NCBI GenBank assembly: GCA_016295275.1
Contig: JAEDLN010000002.1
Location: 1-62,520 of the forward strand
Direction: 5' to 3'
Length of the DNA: 62,520 nt
Origin: Kiritimatiellia bacterium
Lineage (GTDB): Bacteria; Verrucomicrobiota; Kiritimatiellia; RFP12; UBA3636
Shown here: one piece after another, positions 61,101 through 62,520 of the stretch
Layout: every line of letters begins with the position of its first letter
Numbering within the stretch: the stretch's first letter is position 1
Made by a program: the position numbers and the translations under genes
The notes under the pieces: generated by a model
Seen by the model: the letters and a program-made list of their open reading frames with translations, nothing else
Told to the model about the DNA's origin: nothing
The model's database searches: none

Positions 61101-61273
61101 GCCGCGCCGACACAATCGCGGGGAAAACCATTGTAGATAAGCGAGGTGCGCTCGCCATAAAACGCCGCTAGCCGGGCGCGAACCGGATCCTGCGCGCTTT
61201 CCGCCGCAAGAGCGACGCGTCCGCCCAACATCCAAGCCACTGCCAATGCCAAAACTGCCGATTTTGTTTTCAT
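58148..61273 (-). CDS. 1041-aa secreted three-module protein: helical N-domain of unknown function + CE4 (NodB) polysaccharide deacetylase + CE7-like serine esterase
   Basis: Signal MKTKSAVLALAVAWMLGGRVALA. NodB motifs LVFTFDDGTVDQY and HELGNHSLSHP (aa ~395-590, nt ~59504-60091). The C-terminal module (aa ~625-1041, nt 58148-59401) has PGFLRL in a beta-sandwich, then GISQGGGFG, GRSDWICP and EDGDHT (Ser/Asp/His). Confidence 0.8.
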   Translation of the reverse strand: MKTKSAVLALAVAWMLGGRVALAAESAQDPVRARLAAFYGERTSLIYNGFPRDCVGAASFTNGWHEWTPKFGYGRGLEDSAILNGIALIWAVDSGDDPFARQMARGLLNLATAHGVKGFVARGLCFEDGKSACTLSSRDQITHFVHGLYHWAMSGRCDAEMKREIAEAIAAVADRMLKNVTPENEYNALTADGKIDPKGVLKMWEVRPHEAARLPMIYLAAAQLTGEERYYDAYERYIDRALEESERIPDIPENELKATMPGYSFLQMNASLELIRRADPSRAVRVDRIMRTVAKIAAQRFLDGRGENGPWLSAAGDLAFAMALAVKEDELDTLLGADRARQVRELLGDCLDGRAGQKPLAQAWPTRIVSFKAAETRFSVPFGKEYDTEFPEGKLGGLVFTFDDGTVDQYEVAAPVLERYGLRAIFNIIPDRIGKPNYMTWEQLRDLVRRGHELGNHSLSHPQLNRLAETGGVDCVRAQIVGAHRMILENTGFDAKVFCYPYNASGPVSEQILKENGFSAIRYRMDNWGGRFGAKEATAAAEKAIKEGVCRYILMHGVRPGGGWAPLNDPAQFEEIVKALTEQQALWLPTYSESVVRRDGWQRRNARVKYETQRMETAVRLAIKGDVASKGGWRAVRKPGEAVEFTIGMRPSSPDLAAKLEGRPVEIHLDDFGTNRLAMVEGLYSTNGQWRISGMLDHPGFLRLTVKVAGVSPCLGGDWQKAVAYDPEDIKPAGECPDDFHSFWMSAQKAARAVPIDARMEADEKRTNEKFEWYRVSFATVNDRRVYGWYVLPREASRPLPLTVQVPGAGLGSWSFTPGPRTDCAVLFMTVFPWEPWGDGNWQRANYKRLLNGFSEQYGYDGTYYSAGMSESRESAFYYPVILGIDRAVDWIAERPEIDRERIGYYGISQGGGFGLYLAMLNKSISRFAVNVPAFCDLQGDSIGRQICVSKNFYNYRDPSVAVEARRWAPYFDGANFARFIRKPIRFVAGRSDWICPAASVYAAYAVCPSEDKAILLEDGDHTTAPSSAERQMRDFLREAR

Positions 61274-61522
61274 GCGCCTATTCTATCCTAAGCATCCCCT
61301 TCCGGGCAATACGAAAGCGGTCGCGGCGGAAATCAGTCGACCGGGTCGAGCAACACCGATACGATGGAAAAACAGCGGAGAATGGATGAAAACGAGATGC
61401 TCCGATTGTAAATTCGTCTTGACAAATCCATGAAAAGTTTCAGATAATCCAAGGCGCTTTTGATTTCCGATGGACTGGATTTTACAGGATGTTTATCAAA
61501 AACGAAATGTAGGGATAATTGT

Positions 61523-62520
61523 ATGAATCGCGGTACGTTTATTCGATTCCTGAACCTAAAACGATTCGCCGTTCTGGCGACAATGCTACTCGCCGTTCAT
61601 GCGCCGGCGGCAGCCGTCAACGAAGCATTGTACGAATACGGCATGCCAATCCGAGCCGCCAATTATACCGGAACGGATAGTCTGCTGAATTTCCCGGCTC
61701 TCATCCGGTTGCCGGCGGTATTCACGGCCTATTCCTTGGCAAACGATGGGTCCGATTTGAGGATTGCCGATGCCAACGGAGAAATACTGCCCGTCGAAAT
61801 CGAAGAGTGGAATCCCAAGGGTGTTTCTTTGGTCTGGGTGCGCATACCGGAATTAACGGGCAATACTAAAGTGACCGCCTACATCGGGGCGACAAATCCG
61901 GATCCGGTTCCTGCGGAATCCGTTTGGTCCGGCTACGTCGGCGTCTACCACATGGACGAAACGGATATCGGCGCAATCGAGATCGCAGACGCGACAGGCA
62001 ATGCCAATGCGACCGCCCACGCCAAATCCATCGTCATGGAGGGTGTCATCGGCTTGGCCCGCGGTCGTACAGATGCGACGGGAAAAAATGGAGCCATGAT
62101 GACGGTCCCCGCTTCCGATTTGCTGAATGTCTCGCCATCGTTTACCGTTTCCGGGTGGCTGTATCCGACGGCAAAACCCGATTGGTCGTATATCTTCGCC
62201 CGCAAAGACAGCGATAGCTATCAGTCTTGGGGTGTTCAGTTCCGTGTCAACGGCGGTTTGACTCCCATCGGGATCTATTCATGCGGCACGTCCGACAATG
62301 ACAACCAACGCAATTTGTTTTCAACCACGGTTCTAGCCACCAACACATGGGCGAAATACGATGTGGTCTGGCAAGACACTTCGGTTTCTCTCTATCTGAA
62401 TGGGAACCTGATTGGAACAACGCAAACCATCAATCCTTCCGGAACCGTCATTGATGGAGAACTGGATTTATTGTGCTGGCCAGGGTTAATGTCAGTATCA
62501 GTCAGCGGCATAACGCACTT
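61523..62520 (+). CDS. DUF2341 + LamG/concanavalin-like domain surface protein, N-terminal part (3' end outside window)
   Basis: Hand-translated open frame from ATG 61523 to the window end with no stop (not in the ORF track). Signal MNRGTFIRFLNLKRFAVLATMLLAVHAPAAA. FPALIRLP...DGSDLRIADANGEILPVEIEEWNPKGVSLVWVRIP is the DUF2341 pattern. SFTVSGWLYP...WSYIFARKD is the start of a LamG fold. Confidence 0.7.
   Translation, partial: MNRGTFIRFLNLKRFAVLATMLLAVHAPAAAVNEALYEYGMPIRAANYTGTDSLLNFPALIRLPAVFTAYSLANDGSDLRIADANGEILPVEIEEWNPKGVSLVWVRIPELTGNTKVTAYIGATNPDPVPAESVWSGYVGVYHMDETDIGAIEIADATGNANATAHAKSIVMEGVIGLARGRTDATGKNGAMMTVPASDLLNVSPSFTVSGWLYPTAKPDWSYIFARKDSDSYQSWGVQFRVNGGLTPIGIYSCGTSDNDNQRNLFSTTVLATNTWAKYDVVWQDTSVSLYLNGNLIGTTQTINPSGTVIDGELDLLCWPGLMSVSVSGITH

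Overview
This 62.5-kb chromosomal window looks like it comes from an anaerobic, polysaccharide-degrading PVC-group bacterium (Lentisphaerota/Kiritimatiellota/Verrucomicrobiota-like gene content). That taxonomic call is inference only. I call 46 protein-coding genes, two tRNAs (Arg-CCG, His-GTG) and one tmRNA.

- 0.8-20 kb is housekeeping: ribBA, kdsD, HIT, two polyprenyl-phosphate sugar transferases, a small ferredoxin, rsmI, alr, tmk, rseP, ispG and a heterodimeric ABC exporter.
- 20-30 kb reads more AT-rich. It carries CAZyme-type genes (GH78 rhamnosidase, SGNH esterase, a clan GH-A hydrolase, an M14-peptidase/CapA-like fusion) and a 1.4-kb decayed stretch with no intact gene.
- 30.3-35.4 kb is a five-gene HydABC-type [FeFe]-hydrogenase operon. 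It includes a stand-alone GHKL ATPase and a HydD-like protein that has lost its cluster cysteines.
- 36-44.4 kb is a mixed accessory stretch around tRNA-His: an orphan Opp/Dpp-type permease plus a TrpR-like gene, DUF523, an FMN reductase, a flavodoxin/4Fe-4S protein and a MerR/GyrI regulator with a 19-nt-spacer promoter. It also holds a stand-alone nuclease-helicase (DUF2075-like) gene, my best candidate for a poorly described defence function.
- 44.7-51.7 kb is a tightly coupled GT2 / LolA-like / TolC / MacA / MacB operon.
- The rest is a long-form purF-like gene, carA, pyrG, two carbohydrate-esterase genes (one a 1041-aa three-module protein), and a DUF2341/LamG surface protein that runs off the window.

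I saw no rRNA, CRISPR array, transposase or integrase. All family calls come from motif recognition by eye; no database search or folding program was run.
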